Below the pieces are notes generated by a model. The model made no database searches. It worked only from the letters and a program-made list of their open reading frames with translations, and was not told the origin of the DNA. From Hyphomicrobiales bacterium (GTDB taxonomy: Bacteria; Pseudomonadota; Alphaproteobacteria; Rhizobiales; Xanthobacteraceae), in assembly GCA_019075925.1 (NCBI GenBank), contig JAGXAC010000001.1, positions 2,205 through 66,204 on the forward strand: a DNA stretch of 64,000 nt, read 5' to 3'. Positions 46,927-57,117 of this stretch are shown in pieces. Each line of letters opens with the position of its first letter. The first letter of the stretch is position 1. A program made the position numbers and the translations under genes.

Positions 46927-47628
46927 TCAAAACCGCTCGACCCACGGCCGCAATTCGATTTCCCAGGCCCAGGCGCTGCGATGCTGCTGCAACAGGCTGA
47001 GATAACTCTGTGCGATCGCATCGGGATCGAGCAGGCTGTCGGGCTTGTCCGACGGCACGGTGCGGGCGGCGCTGCGGATGCCGCCGTCGACGACCACATG
47101 CGCGACGTGAATCCCCTGCGGCGAAAGCTCGCGAGCGAGGCTTTGCGCAAGCCCGCGTAGCGCAAATTTGCCCATGGCGAAGGGTGCCGACTGCGCATAG
47201 CCCTTCACGCTGGCCGACGCGCCGGTAAACAGGATCGCGCCATGTTTTTGCGGCAGCATGCGCTTGACTGCCTCCTGAGCCACCAGAAACCCCCCGAATG
47301 CTGAAACTGAGATGGCCTTCTCCACCTCGGCCGGAACCAGTTCGATCACCGGACCGCGCGTACGATAGCTTGCATTGTAGACGACAACGTCGGGCGCGCC
47401 GACAGTAGCCTCGACATCGGCAAAGAGTTTGACCACCTCCGCATGATTGCTCGCGTCACAGGCAAAGGCGCTACCGCCGACCTCCCTTGCCAGCGGCGCG
47501 AGTTCGGGCGCTCGGCGGGCGGCGAGCGCAACAGTCATGCCGGCTTTCTTAAAAAGCCGCGCCAACGAAGCAGAAAGGCCACCACCCACGCCGACGATCA
47601 ACGCTGTCTCGTATGCAATCTCGGCCAT
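46927..47628 (-). CDS. Short-chain dehydrogenase/reductase (SDR) family oxidoreductase
   Basis: The ATG at 47628 gives ALIVGVGGGLSASLA (a variant of the Gly-rich NAD(P) motif). 233 aa. Confidence 0.8.
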   Translation of the reverse strand: MAEIAYETALIVGVGGGLSASLARLFKKAGMTVALAARRAPELAPLAREVGGSAFACDASNHAEVVKLFADVEATVGAPDVVVYNASYRTRGPVIELVPAEVEKAISVSAFGGFLVAQEAVKRMLPQKHGAILFTGASASVKGYAQSAPFAMGKFALRGLAQSLARELSPQGIHVAHVVVDGGIRSAARTVPSDKPDSLLDPDAIAQSYLSLLQQHRSAWAWEIELRPWVERF

Positions 47629-47675
47629 GCCGGTCCTCGTTCCATGTATTTTTATATAAGCGCAGACGAAGCGGC

Positions 47676-48101
47676 CTAGTCGATCACCGCAATGGCATTG
47701 ATCTCGACGAGGCAACGCGGATCGGTCGCCAGCCGCACGACTTGCACGGTCGTCGTCGTCGGCTTGGCATCGCCGAAATATTCGCCCCAGACGCGGTTGA
47801 GCGCATCCTGATCGGAAAGATCGGTGACGAAGCGATCGGCCGTCACGATATCGGCAAAGCTTGCGCCGACCGCGTTCAGCCCGCGCTTGAGATTTTCCAG
47901 CGCGGCCCGCGCCTGGCCGGCCATGTCGCGCGGCATGGAATCAAACTCCTCCGGCCGATGCGGGTGGTGATGATAGACTGGCGCCGCGGTGACGCCCGCA
48001 AGATAAACGGTGGTGCCACCTTTAACCTTGATCGCCGGCGCATAGGGCATCCAAATGTCCGGAGCACCCGGCCAATGAATGTGCTCGATGGCTTTCGGCA
48101 T
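47676..48101 (-). CDS. RidA/YjgF family protein
   Basis: 141 aa with the C-terminal pattern ...VQVVRLATDPRCLVEINAIAV. Confidence 0.75.
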   Translation of the reverse strand: MPKAIEHIHWPGAPDIWMPYAPAIKVKGGTTVYLAGVTAAPVYHHHPHRPEEFDSMPRDMAGQARAALENLKRGLNAVGASFADIVTADRFVTDLSDQDALNRVWGEYFGDAKPTTTTVQVVRLATDPRCLVEINAIAVID

Positions 48102-48146
48102 GGACTTAAAGCTCCCTGTTCGATGATCTCGGCGAAATAATAGCGC

Positions 48147-49754
48147 TTACATCCGGAATACACCGAATCTCGTCTCCGGAATCGGCGCATTGAGCGCGAC
48201 CGAAAAGCACAACCCCAGCACGCGGCGCGTTTCGCTGGGCGCAATGATGCCGTCGTCCCACAGCCGTGCGGTGGCGTAATAGGGATCGGCTTCGCTGTCG
48301 AACTGATCACGGATCGGCTGCTTGAACTTGGCCTCTTCGTCGGCCGACCAAGTCTTGCCCGCGGCTTCGATGTTGTCACGGCGCACCGTTGCCAGCACGC
48401 TTGCGGCCTGCTCGGAGCCCATCAACGCCACGCGCGCGCTCGGCCAAGTGAAAAGAAAGCGCGGGCTGTAGGCGCGGCCGCACATGCCATAATTCCCGGC
48501 GCCATAGGAGCCGCCGACGACGACGGTGATTTTCGGCACCTGTGCGCAGGCCACCGCCGTGACCAGCTTGGCGCCATCCTTGGCGATGCCGCCGGCCTCA
48601 TAATCGCGTCCGACCATGAAGCCCACGATGTTTTGCAGGAAAAGAAGTGGAATGCGCCGCTGGCAGCAAAGCTCGATGAAATGCGCGGCTTTCAACGCGC
48701 TCTCCGAAAACAATATCCCATTGTTGCCCAGAATACCGACCGGAATGCCGTGAATGTTCGCGAAACCTGTGACGATCGTCGTGCCATAGACGGCCTTGAA
48801 CTCGTCGAATTCGGAATCGTCGACGAGACGCGCGATCACCTCACGGATGTCGAACTGCTTCTTGAGGTCAGCCGGAACAATGCCGTCAAGTTCGTTGACG
48901 TCATGCTGCGGTTCCGCCGGTTTGGCAAGCGGAATATCGACGACTTTCCTTGTGTTAAGGTTCGCAACAATGCGGCGACAAATCTCCAGCGCGTGCCGAT
49001 CGTTTTCAGCGTAATGGTCGGCAACGCCCGATTTTTTTGCGTGCACGTCGGCCCCGCCCAAGTCTTCCGCCGAAACGACCTCCCCGGTCGCCGCCTTAAC
49101 CAGCGGCGGCCCGCCAAGAAAAATCGTACCTTGTTTGCGCACGATAATGGTCTCATCCGACATCGCCGGTACATAAGCGCCACCGGCGGTGCATGACCCC
49201 ATGACAACCGCGATCTGCGGTATGCCAAGCGCCGACAATGTGGCCTGGTTATAGAAAATGCGTCCGAAGTGTTCCCGATCCGGAAATACGTCGGGCCATT
49301 GCGGCAGGTTGGCGCCGCCGGAATCGACCAGATAAATGCAGGGCAACCGGTTCTCGCGGGCGATCTCTTGCGCCCGCAGATGCTTCTTCACCGTCAGCGG
49401 ATAGTAGGTACCGCCCTTGATGGTGGCATCGTTGCACACGATCACGCATTCGCGGCCGGATACACGACCGATGCCGGTGATGATTCCGGCCGCATGAATC
49501 GCGTCATCGTAAAGGCCTTGGGCGGCGAGCGGCGATAATTCGAGGAATGGCGTGCCGGCGTCGATCAGCGTCAGTACCCGGTCGCGCGGCAGGAGCTTTC
49601 CGCGCGCCAAATGGCGTTCACGCGAGCGGACCGGTCCACCTTCGGCAGCCTTGCTGCGCCGCGTTTGAAGTTCCGCGACCAGCGCGCGCGTTGCAGTTTC
49701 ATTCGCGCGGAACTCCGCCGACGCCGAGTCGATGCTGGATGTCAGTGCTTTCAC
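48147..49754 (-). CDS. Acyl-CoA carboxylase carboxyltransferase (beta) subunit, methylcrotonoyl-CoA carboxylase-like
   Basis: 535 aa, with a size and motif pattern typical of MCCase/PCCase beta subunits (duplicated crotonase-like halves). Confidence 0.85.
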   Translation of the reverse strand: MKALTSSIDSASAEFRANETATRALVAELQTRRSKAAEGGPVRSRERHLARGKLLPRDRVLTLIDAGTPFLELSPLAAQGLYDDAIHAAGIITGIGRVSGRECVIVCNDATIKGGTYYPLTVKKHLRAQEIARENRLPCIYLVDSGGANLPQWPDVFPDREHFGRIFYNQATLSALGIPQIAVVMGSCTAGGAYVPAMSDETIIVRKQGTIFLGGPPLVKAATGEVVSAEDLGGADVHAKKSGVADHYAENDRHALEICRRIVANLNTRKVVDIPLAKPAEPQHDVNELDGIVPADLKKQFDIREVIARLVDDSEFDEFKAVYGTTIVTGFANIHGIPVGILGNNGILFSESALKAAHFIELCCQRRIPLLFLQNIVGFMVGRDYEAGGIAKDGAKLVTAVACAQVPKITVVVGGSYGAGNYGMCGRAYSPRFLFTWPSARVALMGSEQAASVLATVRRDNIEAAGKTWSADEEAKFKQPIRDQFDSEADPYYATARLWDDGIIAPSETRRVLGLCFSVALNAPIPETRFGVFRM

Positions 49755-49986
49755 GAAGCCCCCTTCGAATTACCCTGCCCTCGCACCGGCGAAGCAGCGC
49801 AGCATGAACAAATAGTCAGAGTTCAGTCGCGCGTCGATGCACTTTTTCGTTTCCCCGGCTAATTCCACCGGTGCGTCGCAAATTATCACACGGAACCGAA
49901 ACTTTCCTGCCAAGCAGGCGTTCGCCGAATGACCGCCTTCGCACGTTCGCCGAGAGCGTCAGGCAAGACAGAGAGGAGACACCTGA

Positions 49987-50781
49987 ATGAGTACCCAACG
50001 GACAAAGATGCTGGCCGGCATTGCCGCCCTGGCGCTGGTGGCCGGAACCAGTTTGGTTTCGGCCCAGGAAAAACCCGACCAGAACGTTTCGCCGCAGGCC
50101 AAACAGCCCCAAAGCATGCAACAGATGAACAAGACTGCTCCAGCCGGGAAGATGGGGCAAGGTCAAGCATCGAAGGCGATGGGGGCGTCCGATACTGCGA
50201 ATTCCGCGCAGATGCATGAGGAAAACGCGACGCAGAAAAACGCGACGCGTATGAACGACAAGAATAAGGCAGCCAGCGAGAGCAACGCGGTCACACGTAA
50301 TCGAACGGCGCAATCCGAACAGCATAAGTTCAGGGCTAAGCACCATGCGATGACTCGGACCGAACAGTCCAAAGGACGCCGGACCGCCGAGGAACGCAGC
50401 CGCATGCGGCGCGAGCGCAACTCGATGGCTCAGGAGCATGGGCGAAACGCCAGGCAGGAACACACCGCCCGGAGCGAGGGGAACGGCCTCAAGGGCTTGC
50501 AAGGCAACGCGTCGGGCATGAACGTACAGCTCTCGAACGAACAGCGCGATCGGATCCGAACGACGGTCATCCATGGCCGCAACGCGCCCCGGGCCGGGAA
50601 CGTCAATTTTGACGTCACGGTAGGGACGATGATCCCGCACGGCTTCCATGTCGTGCCGGTGCCGGGAACGCTGGTGCAAATCGAGCCGCGGTGGCGCGGC
50701 TTCCTTTACTTCGTCTGGATGGATGACGTTGTCATCGTCAATCCGCACAATATGCGGATCGTGGCGGTCGTTCCGGCCTGA
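49987..50781 (+). CDS. DUF1236 domain secreted protein with a charged low-complexity centre
   Basis: Signal peptide MLAGIAALALVAGTSLVSAQ. C-terminus ...VPVPGTLVQIEPRWRGFLYFVWMDDVVIVNPHNMRIVAVV is typical of DUF1236. AGGAG lies 8 nt upstream. Confidence 0.72.
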   Translation: MSTQRTKMLAGIAALALVAGTSLVSAQEKPDQNVSPQAKQPQSMQQMNKTAPAGKMGQGQASKAMGASDTANSAQMHEENATQKNATRMNDKNKAASESNAVTRNRTAQSEQHKFRAKHHAMTRTEQSKGRRTAEERSRMRRERNSMAQEHGRNARQEHTARSEGNGLKGLQGNASGMNVQLSNEQRDRIRTTVIHGRNAPRAGNVNFDVTVGTMIPHGFHVVPVPGTLVQIEPRWRGFLYFVWMDDVVIVNPHNMRIVAVVPA

Positions 50782-50842
50782 CGGCCTCAGCCAGCTCCGC
50801 AAGGACGAAGCGAGGGCGGCTCCAGGCCGCCCTCGCCGTCGT

Positions 50843-51794
50843 TCAAGCGCGCACTTCCTGTCGCTGAAAGATCACATAGCCGACGACGAACAGCAGGATG
50901 ACGCTCGCGATCATGGCGACCGTCTGCGGCCACGCAATTAAGATGCTCTCGCCGATCGGCAACGGCGCGCCCAGTACGGCCCCCTGCATCTGGCTCAGAT
51001 AGATCGGCCCAAGCGAGCGCGTGGTCGGATCGAGGATGGCCACGACGACTTCGGCGAACAACGTGGTGGGCGACAAGCGTGCAAGGATGTGCTCGGCCTC
51101 CGCCGTGCCCGGGGTCGGCAGACCTAGCGAAGCGTAGCGCGGATCGATGGGCATAATGATTTGCGCGGCGGCGCCGGCGAGTACGGGCCAAATGAACGTA
51201 ATGAACAGCCAAATACCGAGCGTGACTAGCGCGGCGGTCGCAGCGGACCGGAACAAGATAGAGAACAACATCGCAAGCGCGAGCCACACACCGGCGTAGA
51301 TAATCGTAATCAGCAAAAACAGGAAGGTTCTGCCGATTTCCTCCGCTCCCGGCGGAATCCCGACCAGCAGCAGTCCCAGACCGATCACCAGTAGCCAGAG
51401 CGCAAGCAGGCTGATCGCGAGCGTCGCCAGTCCGGCAAGAAATTTGCCGAAAAGCAGCGCGTCGCGGTAGATCGGCTGCGCCAAGATGCGCGAGAGCGTG
51501 CGGCGGTTGTATTCGCTATTGACGGCATCGAAGCCAAGTCCGATCGCCATGAGCGGCACCAGGAACGAAATGAAGGACACGAACGAAGGCAGCGGATCGC
51601 GCGAGATCGTGAAAAGCCGCAAAAATAGAAATGGATCTTCGGCCGTCGTGTCCTTTATCTGCTGAATGGCCCCATAAAGCGCGGCAAGCGCGACCAGCAC
51701 GACAAGCCATTCAAGCACCCGCATCCGCACGCTGGTCAGGTGATCTGACAATTCCTTGAGCGTGACCACGCCGAGGCCGGCGAAGGCAGAACCC

Positions 51795-51805
<11 letters not shown>
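50843..51805 (-). CDS. ABC-2-type transporter permease
   Basis: 320 aa with about six TM segments. Its ATG overlaps the ATPase stop by 11 nt. Confidence 0.8.
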
Positions 51806-52765
<960 letters not shown>

Positions 52766-52769
<4 letters not shown>

Positions 52770-53932
52770 CGACGGCCGAACCTTGCTACTGCACCGACCA
52801 TAACAAGCAGCGCGATGCCAATGATTCCCACGCCGGCGATACCCCAGAGTGTCGAGGTCGTTACCGTGACGCGGAAGGTCGTGGATGCAGATTCGCCGCG
52901 GGCCGAGGCTCGGATGGTTGTGACATAATCGCCTGCTATCGCCTTCTCGGTCGGCGTGATAAGCGCCTGAACCTCCTTGTTGGCGCCCGGCGCGATGTGT
53001 TCGACCGTCTTCGGGTCGAATGTAATTTTCCAGCCGTTCGGCGCCGAGCCGGAAAGCTCGACGCTGTCCGCGGGCGCAGTTCCGTTGTTGGTGACCACAA
53101 CCGGAACGCTGGTTTCCTTTCCCGCCGAAGCCCGCGTTGAAACGAGTCCCTCGCGGCCGCTGATTTCAAGCCTGGGCTGGCCGCTGATATCCATCGTGAG
53201 GTCGGCCGTGGCGGACGCGTCTTCGGCCCCTACCCGCGCCACCACCTTGTAGCTGCCGGCCGCGGCTGTATTTGGCGGGGTAACCTTCAGCTTGACGTTT
53301 TTGGTCTGGCCCGGATCAATCGGCACCGCATTCAGTTCCTGGCTGCCGTAGCCTTCGGTGAAGGATGCGTCGAAATACTGCGGCGTTTGCGCCGACAAGC
53401 TCACGGTAAGTTTTTTGCCGCTGTCGTTCTTGATTCCGAGTTGAAATTCGAACGACGATTTCGAGTTGCCGCGCAACTCAGGAAGTTGCGGCGTGAGCGT
53501 CAGCTTCGCCGGCAAATCCTTTGCCAGCGTGATCGCGATCGGCAGTTGCGCGGTCGTCGTACCGCCAGCCGCTTTGACAGTGAGCGTATGGGTGCCGACG
53601 GCGGCGTTTTTCGGTACATCGAGCCGCAGTTCAAGCGAGACGCTGGAATTGGTCGCCGGCATTGCCGCAGCGATCGGCTGCCCCCCGCCCATCAACGTCG
53701 CGGTCCAACCGGTCGGAACATCGCCAACTGAGAGCGCCAATCGCTCCGGCGCCAGTGCGTAATTCTGCAATTTCAAATTGACGGTCGACGTCTCACCCGG
53801 CCGCACTGTGACGGCCGGATAGTCGCTCATCAGATAAATGCCCTTGATGTCCTTGGGCGCGTCCTCGGCGCTCGCAATGGGCGCAACCAACGCGGCAAAA
53901 GCAACCAGAGCCGCGATAAGTGGATATCGCAT
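52766..53932 (-). CDS. Secreted, C-terminally membrane-anchored protein with three Ig-like (NEW3/CARDB-like) repeats
   Basis: 388 aa with a signal peptide, three ~110-aa beta-rich modules each ending in G-[TSD]-[HY]-x-[LVT]-[TV]-[VI]-[KR]-A (GTHTLTVKA, GSYKVVARV, GDYVTTIRA), and a C-terminal TM followed by RFGRR. Confidence 0.75.
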
Positions 53933-54106
53933 TGTTGTAGACTCCCCGTGCAGGAAACGGTTCAGTGCCCCCTTCCCACGACGCGCTCAATGAGCACGGG
54001 TGAGGAGGGCGCCATTGTCGGCGCAATCGTGACAAAATCATGCAAACGATGGCTGCTTTGGCAAGACCTGCGGTAGAGAGCCGCAGTTTACCGTTAAATT
54101 GCGCCG

Positions 54107-54571
54107 ATGGGTCGCAGGTCAGACGTTAGTGCCGGTCTGGTGGCGTTCCGTCGCAGGAGCGGCATCGAAGTGCTGCTGGCTCACCCCGGCGGTCCGTTTT
54201 GGACCAAGAAGGACGACGGCGCCTGGACCATCCCGAAAGGAGAGGTCGAGCCAGGCGTCGATCTGCTCACGACGGCACAAAGAGAATTCACCGAGGAGAC
54301 AAACCTGGTCGCCACCGGCGATTTCATGCCGTTAACGCCGGTCAAGTTGAAAAGCGGCAAGCTTGTACACGCCTTCGCATTCGAGGCGGATTTCGATCTC
54401 GCCCAGTTTGCCAGCAATAGCTTTGAAATCGAGTGGCCGCCGAAATCAGGGCGGCGCAAGAGCTTTCCGGAAATCGATCGCGTCGGCTACTTTCCTCTGC
54501 CGACCGCGATGATCAAAATCATTGCGTATCAGCTGCCGCTGCTGCGCGAACTCAACGAGCGGCTTCGCTGA
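54107..54571 (+). CDS. NUDIX hydrolase
   Basis: 154 aa with the NUDIX box GEVEPGVDLLTTAQREFTEETN. Confidence 0.85.
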   Translation: MGRRSDVSAGLVAFRRRSGIEVLLAHPGGPFWTKKDDGAWTIPKGEVEPGVDLLTTAQREFTEETNLVATGDFMPLTPVKLKSGKLVHAFAFEADFDLAQFASNSFEIEWPPKSGRRKSFPEIDRVGYFPLPTAMIKIIAYQLPLLRELNERLR

Positions 54572-55244
54572 GTTCTCGCGGCACGTCCGGGTAATCCACC
54601 TCATCGTGCGGCAACACCCACGGCTCGCGGCGCGCTCCCTCGTCCCATTCCTTCCACGCCGGGAGCCTCATATGCGCACTCATATAGTCGCGCGTGGCCG
54701 TGCCGACCTCGATCGCATAGGTGTGAAAGCGCGAGACGACCGGCGCATACATGGCATCCGCCGCACCGAAGCTGCCGTAGAGGAACGGACCTCCTTTGCC
54801 GTAGCGCGCATGACAGTCGCTCCAGATCGCCTCGATACGGGCGACGTCTGCGGCTACCTCCGCATTAATTTTGCGCGGAATAATCGGCCGCTGGAAATTC
54901 ATCGGCAATTGTTGACGCAACGACTGAAAACCAGCGTGCATTTCCGCAGCGATTGCGCGCGCGTTGGCGCGCGCAGCCGGCTCTCGGGGCCACAGGCCGG
55001 CGTCAGGAAATTTTTCAGCGAGATATTCGAGGATCGCAAGCGAATCCCAGATGTGGGTTTCGCCATCGATGAGAACCGGAACTTTGCCGGCGCCGCTCAC
55101 CGCCAGTACTCGTTTTTTGAAGTCGGGAGAGTTAAGCGGGATCAACGTCTCTGCAAACGATATCCCAGCGACTTTCATGGCCAGCCATGGCCGGAACGAC
55201 CATGAGGAATAAGTTTTGTTGCCGATGACAAGATGCAGCGCCAT
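54552..55244 (-). CDS. Glutathione S-transferase family protein
   Basis: The ATG at 55244 (MALHLVIGNKTYSSWSFRPW...) gives a typical 230-aa GST. The 83-codon upstream extension in the ORF track is Cys/Arg-rich and unlikely to be translated. Confidence 0.82.
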   Translation of the reverse strand: MALHLVIGNKTYSSWSFRPWLAMKVAGISFAETLIPLNSPDFKKRVLAVSGAGKVPVLIDGETHIWDSLAILEYLAEKFPDAGLWPREPAARANARAIAAEMHAGFQSLRQQLPMNFQRPIIPRKINAEVAADVARIEAIWSDCHARYGKGGPFLYGSFGAADAMYAPVVSRFHTYAIEVGTATRDYMSAHMRLPAWKEWDEGARREPWVLPHDEVDYPDVPRELSEAAR

Positions 55245-55303
55245 GGAGGTCACTCGCAATTTGCGCTCGGCATCCTCGACCTGGCAGAGGCAAGCAACCG
55301 TGC

Positions 55304-55465
55304 TTACACGATTCCGGTCATGACGGCGACAAAAGAAACAAACAATACGGCCGTCGCGGCAAACAGAACGGCGACCGCGGCCTCGAACCTGGCGTTCGAC
55401 CTGGAATCCGAGACAAGCGCCGTATCGGGCGCGCCGACAAGCCCAGCAGGCGATTTGGTTGACAT
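55304..55465 (-). CDS. Candidate small tail-anchored membrane protein (53 aa), not in the ORF track
   Basis: My own translation: MSTKSPAGLVGAPDTALVSDSRSNARFEAAVAVLFAATAVLFVSFVAVMTGIV*. GGGGAAGAG lies 5 nt upstream of the ATG. GC3 is about 69% by my count. Confidence 0.3.
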   Translation of the reverse strand: MSTKSPAGLVGAPDTALVSDSRSNARFEAAVAVLFAATAVLFVSFVAVMTGIV

Positions 55466-55584
55466 CGTCGCTCTTCCCCAGGGGACTCGTCATACCCCCG
55501 GAGCCAAGACTCTTCCGACATGGATTGCCGGTTAGTTAACGAAGATCGTGATCAGCCCGCTGATGCGACGGGCGGCATATCGAT

Positions 55585-56379
55585 TTATGGGCCAGGAAAC
55601 AGCGCCTTTGTTTTGCCAGCGACCCAATAGGCCAAAAGACCGATCCATTCGTGTACAGCCGTATCGGTCTGCGCCAGTCCCTCGCTCAACAAAGGAAACG
55701 GCCGCGAAACGTCGACGGGCCCGGACGTGCGCCAATCGACCGGGTAGGCCTCGACCGTAAAATGCGCGGCCCGGAAAGCAGCGATCGCCCGCGGCATGTG
55801 GGCGGCGGACGTGACCAAAAGCCAACGCTCACCGGGCTTCGGGTTGGCAATCAGCCTCGAATAGACGGCATTTTCGATGGTATTGCGCGACTGCTCTTCG
55901 GCGGTGAGGCGATCGTGATCGACGCCGAGAGCCTGCAATTCGCGCACGGCATACTCCGCCTCGATACCCTCGCTAAAAATGAGCGCGTTGGTGCCGCCAC
56001 TGTAAATAATGCGCGCATTCGGGTAACGGCGGGCCAACTCCGCCGTCGCCATTATGCGTTCCGCATTGTCATTGAGCGACACCGCACCACGCGCCGCCGA
56101 AATGTCCGGGGAAATTGCACCGCCCAACACGACGATACCGTCCGGCGGACCGCGCGAAGGATCCCATGGCGGAAAACGCTGTTCGAGAGGCAGTATCAGC
56201 GCATTGCCGAGCGGGGAAAGCCCTGCCACCGCGATCAGCACGAGGCTGGTCACGATCAACCAACTGGCGAGCCTGGTAAACCGCGTCAGCAAAAGAATAA
56301 CGCCGAGCAACCCGATTACGATCAATAGGTTTGACGGCACGGTGAAGAAGGCGAGAATTTTGGAGACAGCAAAGAACAT
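55585..56379 (-). CDS. YdcF/DUF218 family protein
   Basis: 264 aa with N-terminal TM segments and a DUF218 core (IVVLGG...RIIYSGG...). Confidence 0.78.
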   Translation of the reverse strand: MFFAVSKILAFFTVPSNLLIVIGLLGVILLLTRFTRLASWLIVTSLVLIAVAGLSPLGNALILPLEQRFPPWDPSRGPPDGIVVLGGAISPDISAARGAVSLNDNAERIMATAELARRYPNARIIYSGGTNALIFSEGIEAEYAVRELQALGVDHDRLTAEEQSRNTIENAVYSRLIANPKPGERWLLVTSAAHMPRAIAAFRAAHFTVEAYPVDWRTSGPVDVSRPFPLLSEGLAQTDTAVHEWIGLLAYWVAGKTKALFPGP

Positions 56380-56415
56380 CTGCCACCTATGCGCTCGAGC
56401 CGCGCTGGTCGTCGC

Positions 56416-57117
56416 TCACGATCGTGTCTTCCGCCACGCAGCATACCGGGCCTTCGCCTCGTCGTTCGGCGGGTAGAGCCCGGGAAGTTTCACGCCTTTT
56501 TCGACTTCGCCAAACACCCAACTTTCGTACAGCTCGTGTTCGGCGCCCTCCTTCGCGACGAACTCGATCATCGACGGCGGAATAACCACCGCGCCGTCAT
56601 CGTCAGCCACGATCACGTCCTCAGGAAATATGGCACATCCGCCGCAGGCGACCGGCTGCTGCCAACCCGCGAACGTCAAACCGTTGACGGACGCCGGCGC
56701 AGCGACCCCGGCGCACCATACCGGTAGTTGGCTGGTCAACACGCCGGAACGGTCGCGCACCGCGCCATCCGTCACCAACGCGGCAACGTCACGCTTCCTC
56801 ATGCGGGCACAAAGAATGTCACCGAAAATTCCGGCACTTTGCACGCCCATCGCGTCGGCAATCACGACGGCTCCGGCCGGCATTTCTTCGATGGCCGCCC
56901 GCGTCGATATCGGGTTGCCCCAGCTTTCCATAGTCGCGAGGTCTTCACGTACCGGCAGGAAGCGCAAGGTAAAAGCACGGCCGACGACCCGCTCGCCTCC
57001 CGATACCAACGGCTTCGGGCCGTTCATCCAGCAACGCCGAATACCCTTGCGCAATAGCATCGTGGTGATGGTTGCGGTCGTGACCTTGCGCAGAATATCG
57101 AACAGCGCCTCGCTCAT
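56416..57117 (-). CDS. RraA-like / class II aldolase-type (dimethylmenaquinone methyltransferase family) protein
   Basis: 233 aa with ...TTATITTMLLRKG... and GDILCARM...GAVRD patterns. It overlaps the upstream aminotransferase by 4 nt. Confidence 0.7.
   Translation of the reverse strand: MSEALFDILRKVTTATITTMLLRKGIRRCWMNGPKPLVSGGERVVGRAFTLRFLPVREDLATMESWGNPISTRAAIEEMPAGAVVIADAMGVQSAGIFGDILCARMRKRDVAALVTDGAVRDRSGVLTSQLPVWCAGVAAPASVNGLTFAGWQQPVACGGCAIFPEDVIVADDDGAVVIPPSMIEFVAKEGAEHELYESWVFGEVEKGVKLPGLYPPNDEAKARYAAWRKTRS

Noticed and set aside
49892-49922. GGAAC ... CGTT upstream of the DUF1236 gene, reminiscent of an EcfG general-stress promoter.
   Set aside because: The spacer is 22 nt by my count, whereas the consensus needs 16-17 nt, so it is not a credible EcfG promoter.
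54552-54571. A 20-nt convergent overlap of the NUDIX and GST genes, overlapping stop codons of the rhodanese gene and glnE (CTAA at 6833-6836), and only 9-14 nt between other convergent pairs (2839-2852, 15718-15726, 63159-63167).
   Set aside because: These are real features of the sequence, but such tight convergent packing is common in compact high-GC genomes. I see no specific regulatory structure there.
55245-55493. In-frame 83-codon N-terminal extension of the GST gene with CWAC and CFFC motifs that could be mistaken for a zinc-ribbon.
   Set aside because: The GST family N-terminus starts cleanly at the internal ATG 55244. The extension is Arg/Cys-rich, typical of an out-of-context GC-rich frame. 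Similar over-long ORF starts were trimmed for ccmI (22578 to 22485), the RR (16482 to 16407), sodB, the SDR, PepSY and DUF1254.
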